From positions 1 to 30,648 of the forward strand of contig JBBRNJ010000099.1 of assembly GCA_038230375.1 (NCBI GenBank): DNA of 30,648 nucleotides, given 5' to 3'. Source of the stretch: Polyangiales bacterium. Its GTDB lineage: Bacteria > Myxococcota_A > Polyangia > Polyangiales > Polyangiaceae. Positions 8,870 through 18,094 of the stretch are shown piece after piece (the stretch's first letter is position 1; each line of letters starts with the position of its first letter). The position numbers and the translations under genes are program-made. Under the pieces are notes generated by a model that was not told the origin of the DNA, did not search any database, and was given only the letters and a program-made list of their open reading frames with translations.

Positions 8870-10270
8870 ATGGCATCCGTCGGGAAGGTGGCAGCGGCCG
8901 TGGGTCTCGTCGTCGTCATGGGCGTAGCGCCTGCCAGCGCCGCCGAGGAGGCGCCCCGGAGCGTGTCCAGGATCACCCTCAGCGAGGCCGTTGCCTACGC
9001 ACGGGCGCATCAACCGCAGGTACGCGCCTCGCTGGCACGCGTCGAGGCAGCGAAGGCCGCCGCGGAGATCCCGCGCGCCCGTTGGCAGCCGCTCGTCGGG
9101 GCCACGGCGCAGCTACTCGTCGGTACCGGGAACAACACCACGGCAAGCTACGTGGGCACCTCTACACTCATGATACCGCGCATCGGCGGCTCCACCGGGA
9201 CGTCGGCTGCGTCGTCGAGTCTCGGGCCCGAGCCGTCGACGCTTGTCGGTGTCGGTGCCGCGCAACAGGTCTTCGACTTCGGTCGCATCGCGGCGCAGTC
9301 CGCGGCCGCGGACGCGCTCATCGACGTCACCAGGCACGGCGCCGAGACCACCTCGCTCGACATCGACTTCAGCGTCGAGGAGGCCTACTTCGCCGTGTTC
9401 GCGGCCAAGGCCGTGCTCACTGCCTCGAGCGACGCGTACGATCGCTCCAAGGTCCACCGCGATCTCGCGAAGGCAGGCGTGATGTCGGGGCTGCGCTCTC
9501 CGATCGAGCTCACCCGCGCGGAGTCGGATCTCAGCCGGTTCGACGTCGGGCGTGTACGCGCGCGCGGCGGCCTCGCGATCGCCCAGGGCGTCCTCGCTGC
9601 GACGGTCGGCTCGACCGAGCCCGCGCTCGATGTGGCGGGAGACTCTCCGGCCGCTGCGGAGCTGCCTGCCTTGAACGACGCGCTCGCGCGCGCGATCTCG
9701 CGCGATCCGAGGATCCTCGAGGCCATGTCGCGCCTGTCCGCGCAGGAGAAGACCTCGGTGGCGATCGGCGCGGAGCTCCGGCCGGACGTGTTCCTGACGG
9801 GCACCGCGTCGGGGCGCGCGGGCGGCGTCTCGCCCTCGGGTGCCGCGCCCAGGCCTGAGGGCGCCGGGTGGGCGCCGGTCGTTCCCAACTGGGATGTCGG
9901 CGTGGTCCTGAGCTGGCAGATCTTCGACGGCACCGTACGCGCGCGCCAGGAGGCCTCCCGTGCGCTCGAGGTCGTGCGCAAGGAGGAGATCGACGCGGCG
10001 AAGCAGACGCTACGGGCGGTGGTCGCGCGGAGATACGTGGAGGCGAACATCGCGCGCGACGCGCTCCCCGCGCTTCGGCAGGCGCTCGAGGCGTCCGTCG
10101 CCAACTATGCGCAGGCCGACGCGCGGTTCAAGGCAGGCCTGGGCAACAGCGTCGAGCTCGCGGACGCCGAGGCGCTGCGCGCGGACGCGGAAATACAGCT
10201 CGCGCTCGGAATGTTCGAGGTGGCTCGCTCACGCGCGGCGCTTGGCCGCGCGCTGTCGGAAGGATTGTGA
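8870..10270 (+). CDS. TolC-family outer membrane efflux protein
   Basis: Start re-called at ATG 8870. Signal peptide, ITLSEAV, QQVFDFG, LSWQIFDG, ARFKAGLGNSVEL; first gene of an OMF-MFP-RND operon. Confidence 0.9.
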   Translation: MASVGKVAAAVGLVVVMGVAPASAAEEAPRSVSRITLSEAVAYARAHQPQVRASLARVEAAKAAAEIPRARWQPLVGATAQLLVGTGNNTTASYVGTSTLMIPRIGGSTGTSAASSSLGPEPSTLVGVGAAQQVFDFGRIAAQSAAADALIDVTRHGAETTSLDIDFSVEEAYFAVFAAKAVLTASSDAYDRSKVHRDLAKAGVMSGLRSPIELTRAESDLSRFDVGRVRARGGLAIAQGVLAATVGSTEPALDVAGDSPAAAELPALNDALARAISRDPRILEAMSRLSAQEKTSVAIGAELRPDVFLTGTASGRAGGVSPSGAAPRPEGAGWAPVVPNWDVGVVLSWQIFDGTVRARQEASRALEVVRKEEIDAAKQTLRAVVARRYVEANIARDALPALRQALEASVANYAQADARFKAGLGNSVELADAEALRADAEIQLALGMFEVARSRAALGRALSEGL

Positions 10271-10271
10271 A

Positions 10272-11417
10272 GTGACGACACCGACGACGCACGCAGGAAA
10301 ATCGAACGGATGGATCGTGCCCGTCGTCATCGGTGCGGGCGCGTTGACCGTGCTGGCACTCGGCGGCGCGATGATGTGGCGCGCTGACGCCAAGACGAAC
10401 AAGGTCGCCCTCGCCGCCTCTGCGAAGCCGGTCACGGTGATCGCCGCCGAGCGCGGGACCTTTCGGCCTTCGCGGACGTACGTGGGGACGCTCGAGCCGT
10501 GGGTGCAGGCCAGCGTCGGGCCGCAGCTCGTCTCGGCGTACGTGGACACCGTGCTGGTACGCCCCGGCGCATCGGTTCGTCGTGGCGAGGTCGTGGCCAC
10601 GCTCGACTGCCGCACGGCGAGCGCCACGCAGCAGGCGGTCGCGAGCCAGGCGAGGGCCATCGACGCGCGTCAGAGGGCCATGGCCAACGAGGCGACGAGG
10701 ACGCAGGCGCTCCTGGACGGAGGGTTTGTCTCCCCGAACGAAGCGGAGCAGAAGCTCGCCCAGAGCGCGTCCGAGCTCGCCCAGCTCGAGGCGACAAAGG
10801 CCAAGCTCGCGGGCACCGCGTTGGAGGTGAGCGACTGCGTGCTACGCGCCCCGTTCGATGGGGAGATCTCGCGGCGCGCGATCGACCCGGGGGCATTCGT
10901 GCACCCAGGCGTTTCGATCGTCACCGTCGTCGACCGAAGCATGGTGCGTATGACCGCCGACGCGCCAGAGATAGACTTCGACGTGGTGGCGCCGGGCACG
11001 GTGGTCACGGTCCACATCCTCGCCACCAATCGAGAGATCGCGGCGGTGATCGCGCGGCGCGGCCCCGCGGCCGATCCTACGACCCGCACGGTGCACTTCG
11101 AGATCGATGTCGCCGATCCGAAGCGCGAAATCCCCGTCGGGACGACCGGCGAGGTGCGCATCGACGTGGGCGAGTCCGCGCCGGCGACCGCGATCCCCCT
11201 CTACGCCGCAACGGTCCGCGGCCCGAAGGCGACGGTCTTCGTCATCGACGGCGACACGGCCCACTCGAAGACGATCGCTGTGCTGGGCGAGATCGGCGGG
11301 CGGCTCTACCTGGACCCGTCGCTCGCAGCGGGGACGCAGGTCGTGACCGAAGGGCGCGCGCTCCTCAGTGAGGGCGACCGGGTCACCGCGAAGCTCATCG
11401 AGGGCAAGCGCCCATGA
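10272..11417 (+). CDS. RND efflux periplasmic adaptor (membrane fusion protein)
   Basis: GTG start 1 bp after the TolC stop. N-terminal TM, VLVRPGASVRRGEVVATLD and LRAPFDGEI lipoyl halves, DPTTRT, VVTEG. Confidence 0.92.
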   Translation: MTTPTTHAGKSNGWIVPVVIGAGALTVLALGGAMMWRADAKTNKVALAASAKPVTVIAAERGTFRPSRTYVGTLEPWVQASVGPQLVSAYVDTVLVRPGASVRRGEVVATLDCRTASATQQAVASQARAIDARQRAMANEATRTQALLDGGFVSPNEAEQKLAQSASELAQLEATKAKLAGTALEVSDCVLRAPFDGEISRRAIDPGAFVHPGVSIVTVVDRSMVRMTADAPEIDFDVVAPGTVVTVHILATNREIAAVIARRGPAADPTTRTVHFEIDVADPKREIPVGTTGEVRIDVGESAPATAIPLYAATVRGPKATVFVIDGDTAHSKTIAVLGEIGGRLYLDPSLAAGTQVVTEGRALLSEGDRVTAKLIEGKRP

Positions 11418-14400
11418 CGGGGCTCGCCCTCCGCAACCCGATCGGCGTGCTCATGGTGTGCATCGCCCTCGTGGTGTTCGCCGGGGTGGTGACGCCGCGT
11501 ATGAGCATCGACACTTTCCCGGAGCTGACGCCTCCCGTGCTCATCATCGGCACCCTTGCGCCAGGACTGGGCCCGAAGGACGTCGAGAAGACGCTCACCT
11601 GGCGCCTGGAGAAGTACGTGAGCGCCACGCCGGGCGTCGACCATGTCGAGAGCGTCTCGCGCAACAACCTGTCGATCATCTACGTGTGGCTCAAGTGGGG
11701 CACGGATCTCAATGCCGCCCAGACGCTCGTGCAGCAGCAGGCCGCCTTCGCGATGGCCGCCGTGCCGAAGTCACTCGGCGTGCTCCCTCCGTTCGTCCTG
11801 CAGTACGACCCTTCGAACGCGCCGGTCGTGCAGGTGGTCGTCACGGGCGGCGGCCTCAGCGGTCCGAAGCTCTACGACTACGCGCTCAACAACATCGAGC
11901 CCATTCTGGAGGGGATTCCGGGCGTCGCGAGCGCGGCGATCAACGGGGGGCGACAGCGGCAGATCAACATCGTGGTGGACTCCGTGAAGGCCCAGGCGCG
12001 CGGGCTCACGTCGACCGACGTCGCCAAGGCGGTGCACGACTCGAACGCGCTCCTCCCGTCGGGTGTGTTCATCTCGCCGAACTTCGACGCCAACGTGTAC
12101 ACGAACGCGGTCCCCTCGCGCGTCAAGACGATCGGGGATGCCGTCATCAAGACCCATGCGGGCGCCTCGGTCCTCATCCGCGACGTGGCCAGGGTCGACG
12201 ACGGGGGAGCTCCAGAGACACAAGCCGTTGCGGTCGGCTCCCACAACGCGGTCTACCTCAACGTCCTGCGGGTCCCGGGCGGGAACACGCTGGAGATCGT
12301 GGAATCCGTCAAGCGCTCGGTGGCGGCCATCAAGGATCTGCCGCCGGGCGTCGAGGTGGTGCCCGTGTTCGACCAGTCTACCTTCGTCCGCACGAGCTAC
12401 GAGGGCCTTCGTCGCGAGATGGTGCAGGCGCTCGGTCTCATTGCGATCGTCATCTTGCTCTTTCTCCAGAGCCTGCGGGGCACGCTGATCGTCTCGGTGG
12501 CGATCCCGCTCTCCTTCGCCATCACGCTCATCGTCCTCTATGCGTCCGGGCAGACGTTGAACGCGTTCACGCTCGGCGGGCTGACGCTCGCGATGGGGCG
12601 GCTCGTCGACGACGCCGTGGTCGTGCTCGAGTCGATCCATCGCCATCAGCGCATGGGGAAAACTCCGTTCGGCGCCGCGCTCGACGGCACCAACGGGGTC
12701 GCCCTACCGGTGCTCGCTTCCACGCTCACGACGATGGCAGTCCTCTTGCCTGTGCTGCTCCTCGCGGGCCTCGCCAAGAAGCTCTTTGCGCCTCTCGCGT
12801 TGACGGTGGCCGTGGCGATGACCGCCTCGTATTTCGTGAGCGTCTGCGTGACGCCGGTGGCGTGCCGCTATTTCCTCGGGCACGCGGAGCACGGACGCGT
12901 CGGAAAATTCGTCGAGCGCGCCATCGACTCGCTCGCCGAGCGCTACGCGAGCACGCTGCGCAGAGTTCTCCCCTACGGGCGGACCGTCCTATGCGCGTCC
13001 TTCGCGCTCGTTGCGGCGAGCGGCTGGGCCGCGTCGCGGCTTCCCAGCACGTTCTTTCCCGAGATCGACGAGTCGATGGAGCGCATCTACGTGCGGGTCG
13101 CGCCGGGGACCTCGCTCGAGCAAGCCCAGGCGCGCATCAACGAGATGGGGCAGACCCTGCAGGACGAGCTGCCCAAGGGAAACGTGCAGCTCGTGCTGAC
13201 GAACGTCGGCTCGCCCAACAACGCGCGCAGTGCGATGACGAGCCCGAACCGGGGGCCCCACATGGGCTTCATCCGCCTGGCGCTCGTCGACCCGGCGAAG
13301 CGCTCCCTCACCCAGCGCGAGCTCGCCGATCAGAGCCGCGCCATCTTGAACCGCCACTACCCGGGAGTCGAGTTCTTGCAGTGGCCGGGCGGTCTGGTCG
13401 CGGGCGTCTTCGCCAACGGCTACATCGCCCCGGTCGTGGTCGAGGTGCGCGGGGACAACCTCGAGGAGCTGGACCACCAGGCGAGGGCCGTCGCCGAGGT
13501 GGCGCGCACTGTCCCGGGCGTGCGGGACGTGTGGCCCTCGCTCCAGATGGACTACCCCGAGATCAGGGTGGAGACGGATCGCCAGAAGGCCGGGCTCGTC
13601 GGCGTCGCGGCCAGAGACGCAGCGCAGACGACCCTCGAGGCGACGCTCGGCAACATCAATAGCCCAAGCGTCTGGATCGACCCCAATAATGGCCAGTCCT
13701 ACTACGTAGTCACGTCCTACGACGGCGCGCAGGTGCCCGACATCAACGCGCTTGCGCAGTTGCCAGTCCGCTTCGGTGACAACGGCAAGGCGGTGCGCCT
13801 GGGCGCGTACGGAGACATCCAGCGCTCGGTGGGTCCCATCGGCGTCGAGCGAAACCAGCTCCAGCGCGCTGCGCACGTCTTCATGCAGACCGAGGGGCGC
13901 GACATTGGTTCGGTCGCCACCGACCTCGAGCGGGCGCTGCACGAGGACCCGCGCACGCGGGCTGTCAGCTTCAGCTTCGTTGGTCAGGTGCAGCTGATGC
14001 GGACGACCTTCTCCGGCCTCGGGGTCGCCCTTGCCCTTGCCGTGATGGTCGTCTTCATGATCATGGCCTCGCAGTTCAAGTCGCTGAGGCTCCCGTTCGT
14101 GATGCTCTTCACCATCCCGGTGTCGCTCGTGGGCATCGTGCTGGCTCTCATGGCGGCGGGGCAGGGGTTCTCGATCACGGCGCTGATGGGGATCCTCATG
14201 GTCATCGGCATCGCGGTGTCCAACGGCATCCTGCTCGTCGACGACGCGAACCAGCGCCTGAGAGAGGGCGCGACCAAGGTCGAGGCGATCGCGCTCGCGG
14301 CGCGCTCGAGGTTCGTGCCGATCGCCATGACGAGCATCGCGACCGTGATCGGTCTCATCCCGACCGCAGCGGGGCTCGAGCACGGCTCCGAGGCGAATCA

Positions 14401-14551
14401 GCCGCTCGCGCTCGCGGTCGTCGGAGGGCTCACGTCGTCCACCCTCCTCTCGCTCTTCCTCGTCCCCGTCATGTTCGTCTTCTTCGCAAAGGAGAGAGTC
14501 CCCGCAACCGAAACGCAAGAGCCTGTCACCGAGGAAGGCACCCACGCATGA
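11414..14551 (+). CDS. RND efflux permease (AcrB/CzcA superfamily)
   Basis: 1045 aa; ATGA overlap with the adaptor; GRLVDDAVVVLE, SNGILLVD, RFVPIAMTS, PLALAVVGGL. Confidence 0.96.
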   Translation: MTGLALRNPIGVLMVCIALVVFAGVVTPRMSIDTFPELTPPVLIIGTLAPGLGPKDVEKTLTWRLEKYVSATPGVDHVESVSRNNLSIIYVWLKWGTDLNAAQTLVQQQAAFAMAAVPKSLGVLPPFVLQYDPSNAPVVQVVVTGGGLSGPKLYDYALNNIEPILEGIPGVASAAINGGRQRQINIVVDSVKAQARGLTSTDVAKAVHDSNALLPSGVFISPNFDANVYTNAVPSRVKTIGDAVIKTHAGASVLIRDVARVDDGGAPETQAVAVGSHNAVYLNVLRVPGGNTLEIVESVKRSVAAIKDLPPGVEVVPVFDQSTFVRTSYEGLRREMVQALGLIAIVILLFLQSLRGTLIVSVAIPLSFAITLIVLYASGQTLNAFTLGGLTLAMGRLVDDAVVVLESIHRHQRMGKTPFGAALDGTNGVALPVLASTLTTMAVLLPVLLLAGLAKKLFAPLALTVAVAMTASYFVSVCVTPVACRYFLGHAEHGRVGKFVERAIDSLAERYASTLRRVLPYGRTVLCASFALVAASGWAASRLPSTFFPEIDESMERIYVRVAPGTSLEQAQARINEMGQTLQDELPKGNVQLVLTNVGSPNNARSAMTSPNRGPHMGFIRLALVDPAKRSLTQRELADQSRAILNRHYPGVEFLQWPGGLVAGVFANGYIAPVVVEVRGDNLEELDHQARAVAEVARTVPGVRDVWPSLQMDYPEIRVETDRQKAGLVGVAARDAAQTTLEATLGNINSPSVWIDPNNGQSYYVVTSYDGAQVPDINALAQLPVRFGDNGKAVRLGAYGDIQRSVGPIGVERNQLQRAAHVFMQTEGRDIGSVATDLERALHEDPRTRAVSFSFVGQVQLMRTTFSGLGVALALAVMVVFMIMASQFKSLRLPFVMLFTIPVSLVGIVLALMAAGQGFSITALMGILMVIGIAVSNGILLVDDANQRLREGATKVEAIALAARSRFVPIAMTSIATVIGLIPTAAGLEHGSEANQPLALAVVGGLTSSTLLSLFLVPVMFVFFAKERVPATETQEPVTEEGTHA

Positions 14552-14590
14552 TCACGCGCATCCTGCTGGCGAGCTTGCGGAGCGCGTGAT
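14551..14590. terminator. Hairpin between convergent genes
   Basis: ATCACGCGC (14551-14559) pairs with GCGCGTGAT (14582-14590) in the gap between two stop codons; no U-tract. Confidence 0.45.
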
Positions 14591-14592
14591 CT

Positions 14593-15645
14593 TCAGGGGC
14601 CTTTTGTCGCCTTCTGCGGCATGAGGAGGCCTGGCAGGCTCACGACCTGGCTGCCCGTGACTGGGGTGCCCGTTGTCGTCCCGACTGCAGTGATGTTGAA
14701 CGTCCACTCGATCGTCGTCGGACACGTCGTCTTCCCGTCGCATCCGCCGGTCGCTTGCTCGCGCGTGCACGTGACCGACAGGGCGAGCGTCTTCTTCGGA
14801 CTGCCCGGGCCCAGGACGTTCACGATCTCGTTCGGGAAGGCCTGCTCACAGGTGCCGGTGCTGCTCTTCGCGCGCACCGTGACGCCGCGGTAGGCGAACT
14901 GCTGCTGCCCGGTCGCCTCGATCATGATCGGCGTGTTCATCTTCGATCCGGTCCACGAGACGTCGCCCGCGGTGATCGTGTATTCCGGCGGCGTCTTGGA
15001 GCGCTCGATCACCGTGCCGCAGCGCAAGCCGAGCTTCTGGATCGACGAGGTCGCCATCACATCGAGGCTCGTCGCGACGGTGCCGGCCGGGCAGCTCACG
15101 CGGTTCTCCCACGTCTTGCAGTTCGGCCGCTCCATGGTCACAGGGTCCGCAAGCGCCGTGAAATGGGCGGCCGCATCAAGCTTGGAGCCCCAGATCCGCA
15201 CGCCCTTGAGGCGACTCTCCGCGCCGCTCTTTCCGTTCGAGCAGATCTGGACGCTCGTGATGAACGCGCCGTCCGGCAGCGTGGCGTCCTTCTTACCGCT
15301 CTGACACGACGACGCGAAAGTGCGCATGTCGTTGCGCACGCTGCTGCTGCGCGCCGGGTCGAGATATCCCGGCACCGGTCGCACGCCGCAAGCGTCATTG
15401 AACATGTCCTCCTGGATCTCGATCCCGCGCAGTGCGTAGATCTGATCGGCCTCGTTGAGGTCCGACATGGTCGCGTTGATGTGGACGACAGACTCATTGG
15501 CGTATGACGCCTGTTGCGCACCGGAGTAGGTGGTGGGGCCAGACCCGCGAAACACGCGCAGCGCGATCGGAGAGTCCGCGCGCGCCTGATCAGCGTCCAC
15601 GAGACCAAGGGACAGAACTGCCAGCGTCAGCGCGACTCGTTTCAC
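14593..15645 (-). CDS. Secreted Cys-containing protein with a possible beta-prism/jacalin-like domain
   Basis: GTG start at 15645 preceded by GGAGG; signal peptide ending ARA-D; CPAGTVATSL...IQKLGLRC pattern; beta-rich C-terminal domain. Confidence 0.7.
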   Translation of the reverse strand: MKRVALTLAVLSLGLVDADQARADSPIALRVFRGSGPTTYSGAQQASYANESVVHINATMSDLNEADQIYALRGIEIQEDMFNDACGVRPVPGYLDPARSSSVRNDMRTFASSCQSGKKDATLPDGAFITSVQICSNGKSGAESRLKGVRIWGSKLDAAAHFTALADPVTMERPNCKTWENRVSCPAGTVATSLDVMATSSIQKLGLRCGTVIERSKTPPEYTITAGDVSWTGSKMNTPIMIEATGQQQFAYRGVTVRAKSSTGTCEQAFPNEIVNVLGPGSPKKTLALSVTCTREQATGGCDGKTTCPTTIEWTFNITAVGTTTGTPVTGSQVVSLPGLLMPQKATKGP

Positions 15646-15809
15646 GAGGCCTCCTCCATGGATCCGGGAACACAGGGCACACCGCAGCCTGGAAGAGTAT
15701 GACGGAAGCGCAAGGCCAAGATTCAAACCAAAGCGGGGTCGCCCGCCAGAGGACCAAAAATCCGGTACCAGGCGCGCTGGCTGCTGCCCCTCGAACCGCC
15801 TATCCTGTC

Positions 15810-16637
15810 ATGATGCGCAGGCGTTCCCTATGGCTACCGATCCTCCTCGCCGTCGCTGGATGGGGTGCTGCGTGCGGGACGTTTGCCCCGTACGAAGGCG
15901 CGCAGGACGTCGACCCGGGTGACGCCGCCGACGAGGGATCGTTTCCGAACGACGCCCCGACCGCTGATGCGCGCGCCGAAAGGGACGGGCAAGGCCTCGA
16001 CGCAACAAAGAGCGATGCGGACCCGTGCTCGAATATCGACCTCGGGACCAATCCACAAAACTGCGGCACGTGCGGGCATGTCTGCTCGACCAAGGTATGC
16101 GTCAACGGAACGTGCGATCCGCTCGTGTTCGCCACGTCTGCGACGTTCAATGGCAACCTGGTTGCGGCGGCCCAGCGTGACGGCGGCGGTGGAGCCGCCA
16201 GCGCAGACGCGCTCTGCCAGGACGCGGCGGCGGCGGCTGGCGTGCAAGGGAAGTTCATGGCGTGGATCTGCGCGGGGACCACGCCGATCTCGCCCAGCGC
16301 CAGATTCGCGAAGGCCACGCGCCCCTACCGCAACCGCGACGGAACGCTGATCGCGAACGACTATGGAGGTCTCGGGTCGCCATTGCAGTCGACGATCCAC
16401 GGTACCGAGGACGGCGGTCCCCTCGTAGGCACCACGATCGCCTGGGGGGATTGCACCGGGCAGGGCGTTGCGAACGGATCTGGAGATTGCCTTGGCTGGA
16501 CCGTCAGCGTGGGTGCCCCCTTCAACAACGCCGGCAACGTGGGTGATCTGAGCTCGAACGTCGGATGGTTTCAGGCGTTTCCGGACGGCGGAAGCAAGTG
16601 CGACCAGTCGTATCGTCTCTTGTGCTTCGAGCAGTGA
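15810..16637 (+). CDS. Lipoprotein with a Cys-rich repeat and a DUF1554-like (endostatin/C-type lectin-like) domain
   Basis: Lipobox-like GAAC, Asp/Ala/Gly linker, TNPQNCGTCGHVC, VFATSATFNGNL...ADALCQ...FMAWI, C-terminal LLCFEQ. Confidence 0.8.
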   Translation: MMRRRSLWLPILLAVAGWGAACGTFAPYEGAQDVDPGDAADEGSFPNDAPTADARAERDGQGLDATKSDADPCSNIDLGTNPQNCGTCGHVCSTKVCVNGTCDPLVFATSATFNGNLVAAAQRDGGGGAASADALCQDAAAAAGVQGKFMAWICAGTTPISPSARFAKATRPYRNRDGTLIANDYGGLGSPLQSTIHGTEDGGPLVGTTIAWGDCTGQGVANGSGDCLGWTVSVGAPFNNAGNVGDLSSNVGWFQAFPDGGSKCDQSYRLLCFEQ

Positions 16638-16662
16638 GAGATTTCGCGCCCCGTGGCCGACG

Positions 16663-16689
16663 GAGCGGGACGGGCACTTGGTTCTCCAG
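16663..16689 (+). repeat. Left part of split repeat (copy A)
   Basis: 25/27 identical to 20360-20386; ends in GGTTCTCCAG. Confidence 0.85.
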
Positions 16690-16695
16690 GAGCGG

Positions 16696-17631
16696 CTATT
16701 GACCGCCGTCGAAGAGGACTATCGGCGGCGTGAGGACGATGCTGTCCGCTCTGAACGTGATCTGGTCAGTGCCGTGCTTGGTTACGTCTTTGGTCCCCTT
16801 GAAGATGCCCATCGTGTGAAGGTTGAGCGTGAGGAGATCGCCGCCAAGGACGGGATTGAGGTACGTGATGGAAGCGGTCTTGTGCTGTTCAGGCTCGTTG
16901 TTGCCGTTGATCGCGAAGTCCTCGTGGGTGAAGTCTCCAGTGATCGTGATCCTGAGCGGATAGGCAATCTTGGAGGGAGGGTCGAGCGGGGTGTCGCGCG
17001 CCTCGCCGATGTCGTCGCGCACGTTGCTCTGCTTGATGGTGATGCCGTCCACGCTCATGACCGCGGAGATCGGCGCGCCGTCGAGCGAGAGCTTGAACGC
17101 GGTGGGCAGAAACGTGGGCTGATTCACGGGCGGCGGGTTGTTGGGCGATCCGGCGTCCTTCGGTAGGTTGGAGATGGTCTCTGCGACCCATTTCACATTG
17201 ATGAAGGTGGCGTCCTTCGAGTCGCCGCTGCCGGCCGGGAAGCTCACCTCGCTGACGAGCGCGTCGTAGAACGAGCGCTCCTCGCACGGCTTGTGGTCGG
17301 TGCTGCACAAGACGATGGTGCCGTCTCGGCGAGGCCTCACGCCCGTGAAGAACTCCGCGAGCCAGCTCGAGACCGAAGGCGTGAGCGGCAGAGGAATCCG
17401 CGCCGCGAACACCTGCACGTCGGCGTTCGCATTTGCACCTTTGATGAGCTCGACTGGCGTTCGGTCTCCACCGATATCGAGCGTGATCGACGACGCCGCC
17501 GAGGTCTTCAGATCGGAGGAGCTGGAGCCGACGTTCTCGTCCGAGTGCGCGTTCGTGCCCCCACCGCATGCGCTCATCGCGGCGACGAGCACCGCGCAAC
17601 CACCGAGACCTGCTGACAATGCGAGCTTCAT
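16696..17631 (-). CDS. Lipoprotein resembling tandem T4 gp19-like phage tail-tube domains
   Basis: ATG 17631, lipoprotein-type signal MKLALSAGLGGCAVLVAAMSA-C. RRDGTIVL...FYDALVSEVSFP and FKLSLDG...ITIKQ...HEDFAINGNN...KTASITYL...MGIFK resemble two-domain tail-tube proteins (recalled similarity). Confidence 0.68.
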   Translation of the reverse strand: MKLALSAGLGGCAVLVAAMSACGGGTNAHSDENVGSSSSDLKTSAASSITLDIGGDRTPVELIKGANANADVQVFAARIPLPLTPSVSSWLAEFFTGVRPRRDGTIVLCSTDHKPCEERSFYDALVSEVSFPAGSGDSKDATFINVKWVAETISNLPKDAGSPNNPPPVNQPTFLPTAFKLSLDGAPISAVMSVDGITIKQSNVRDDIGEARDTPLDPPSKIAYPLRITITGDFTHEDFAINGNNEPEQHKTASITYLNPVLGGDLLTLNLHTMGIFKGTKDVTKHGTDQITFRADSIVLTPPIVLFDGGQ

Positions 17632-17679
17632 ACAGCTCTGTAGCACACGTAGGTACATGTGCTGCCCAGCCCGCGACGC

Positions 17680-17749
17680 GGTTCTCCAGCGATCGGAAAT
17701 CGAGGGAGATTCAGCCGGTGAGGCCTCGCGTTCTGGCCAGAACGCGAGC
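17680..17749 (+). repeat. Right part of split repeat (copy A) with a 24-bp perfect palindrome
   Basis: 17680-17737 is identical to 20377-20434 (58 bp); palindrome CTCGCGTTCTGGCCAGAACGCGAG at 17725-17748. Confidence 0.95.
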
Positions 17750-18086
17750 GACCGCGGAGCTCCCTGGCGATGGCGCGGAGGGCGGCCTGGAGGTGCTCGA
17801 TCTCGGTCGCGACCTCCTGGCGCTCTGACTCGTCGAGCATGGCGCGCAGCGAGCGGACCTTCTTCAGCACGGCGGCGCCGGTCAGGCTCGCGGTCATCTT
17901 CTTCACGCGGCGCTTGAGCACGGGGGCGGTGAGGCGCGCGTCGCGCTGGGTGCCGCCACGCGAGAGCAGCACGCCGACGTACGCGCGTGTCTTGGCCTGC
18001 GTGAGGTTGAAGCCAGATCCAGTCGCGAGTAGCGCGCGTGGATTCCTGCGTGCCACCGACCAGCGTTTTTGTAGCCGTTCGGCCAA
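17750..18086 (-). pseudogene. Remnant or small gene for a basic helical protein, paralogous to 21354-21530
   Basis: LKRRVKKM...ERQEVATEIEHLQAALRAIARELR aligns without gaps to the 21354 ORF; the frame runs into the repeat with no stop of its own. Confidence 0.55.
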
Positions 18087-18094
18087 CGCGAAAT

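Noticed and set aside
46..14545. Many long overlapping ORFs (e.g. 46-1593 +, 2918-4876 +, 4596-6071 +, 11368-13662 +, 12989-14545 -)
   Set aside because: Shadow frames of high-GC genes: Arg/Ala/Pro-rich, without motifs, and overlapping well-supported CDSs.
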